From Candidatus Thiodiazotropha sp. (GTDB taxonomy: Bacteria; Pseudomonadota; Gammaproteobacteria; Chromatiales; Chromatiaceae), in assembly GCA_040507005.1 (NCBI GenBank), contig JBEVVS010000113.1, forward strand, positions 33 to 64,032: 64,000 nucleotides of DNA, in the 5' to 3' direction. Shown piece by piece: positions 63,321-64,000 of this stretch. Under the pieces are notes generated by a model. It saw only the letters and a program-made list of their open reading frames with translations. It had not been told where the DNA came from and did not search any database. The stretch's first letter is position 1. The number at the start of each line of letters is the position of its first letter. The position numbers and the translations under genes are program-made.

Positions 63321-64000
63321 ATGGGGTCATACCCAAGTTCCAAAGAAAAAGCCGGAGAACTTTTTCGTCTCGCAATCGCCTATCTGACAGAGCATGATCT
63401 GGTTCTGAACCCAGTCAACTTCAGTCTCGCGTACCACTATATCAGCGGCGAGGATCCCGCCTTCAACAAGCGTATGGAGGAGCTGCTGGAGAGTGAGTAT
63501 GGCTGGCAGGATGAAAGCGTCGGGAAACTTTTCAGGCACTATGTCTGCGCTTGTGATGAAGCGGTTCTCAGGGATTTGAGAGAGGAGTTGATGGATATCG
63601 TTGCGCACACTTTAGGCACCATGATCGATTTGACTGGCAAGGCCTCGGTGACCAATGAAAAGATCAGAAAGCATATCGATACATTGGCGGAAAGTGAAAA
63701 GATAGAGAATGTGATGCAAGCGGTCTCTTCGATCATTGCCGAGACACGCTCGTTAGTTGCCGAGACCAATCAATTCGAAACCCAGTTGCTCAGTTCCACT
63801 GACGAGGTTGAGAAGCTCAAGGAGGAGTTGAGTTATGCCAGACAGGAAGCGATGTTGGATCCACTCACAGGGGTGATGAATCGGCGTGGTTTCGATCAGA
63901 CTCTCGCTACCGTGATCAGCGAGGTGTTGGACCGACATCACGCCACCAATTTTTGCCTGGTGCTCATCGACATAGATAATTTCAAAGAGATCAACGACAA
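63321..64000 (+). CDS. Diguanylate cyclase (GGDEF), truncated by the window end
   Basis: Manual translation gives MGSYPSSKEKAGELFRLAI...NPVNFSLAYHY, then LDPLTGVMNRRGF and LIDIDNFKEIND. Alternative in-frame ATG at 63294. Confidence 0.85.
   Translation, partial: MGSYPSSKEKAGELFRLAIAYLTEHDLVLNPVNFSLAYHYISGEDPAFNKRMEELLESEYGWQDESVGKLFRHYVCACDEAVLRDLREELMDIVAHTLGTMIDLTGKASVTNEKIRKHIDTLAESEKIENVMQAVSSIIAETRSLVAETNQFETQLLSSTDEVEKLKEELSYARQEAMLDPLTGVMNRRGFDQTLATVISEVLDRHHATNFCLVLIDIDNFKEIND

Overview
64 kb of a GC-rich gammaproteobacterial chromosome. The gene set (TsdA-type cytochrome, SoxW-like thioredoxin, alpha-carbonic anhydrase, Ni ECF transporter with NikR, PEP-CTERM proteins) suggests a sulfur-oxidising, Chromatiales/Sedimenticolaceae-like organism; this is inference. 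Core blocks are queF, smc-zipA-ligA, ppiC-yciI-yciB, PHP-yciO-S2P-trpS-scpA-scpB-rluB, tRNA-Lys, mtgA, an RRM-csp-rhlE-deaD cluster, a nickel ECF operon with nikR, and putA. Three AT-rich accessory patches interrupt the core: about 9.3-10.7 kb, 13.5-17.8 kb (co-oriented small ORFs with decayed attC-like sites) and 30.4-39.1 kb (downstream of tRNA-Lys). No integrase, transposase or CRISPR array was seen. The most notable observations are: (1) a truncated tRNA-Lys copy in the tRNA leader that keeps the anticodon arm and a compensatory D-stem change; (2) a stand-alone 547-aa protein resembling a domain of large phage virion/polyvalent proteins; (3) a probable decayed integron cassette array; (4) a carbonic anhydrase-chemoreceptor gene pair; (5) recognisable NikR, FNR and sigma54 sites and an SD-occluding rhlE leader hairpin; (6) five single-base frameshifts in four genes (ppiC, two island lipoproteins, tsdA), which may be sequencing errors or real decay.
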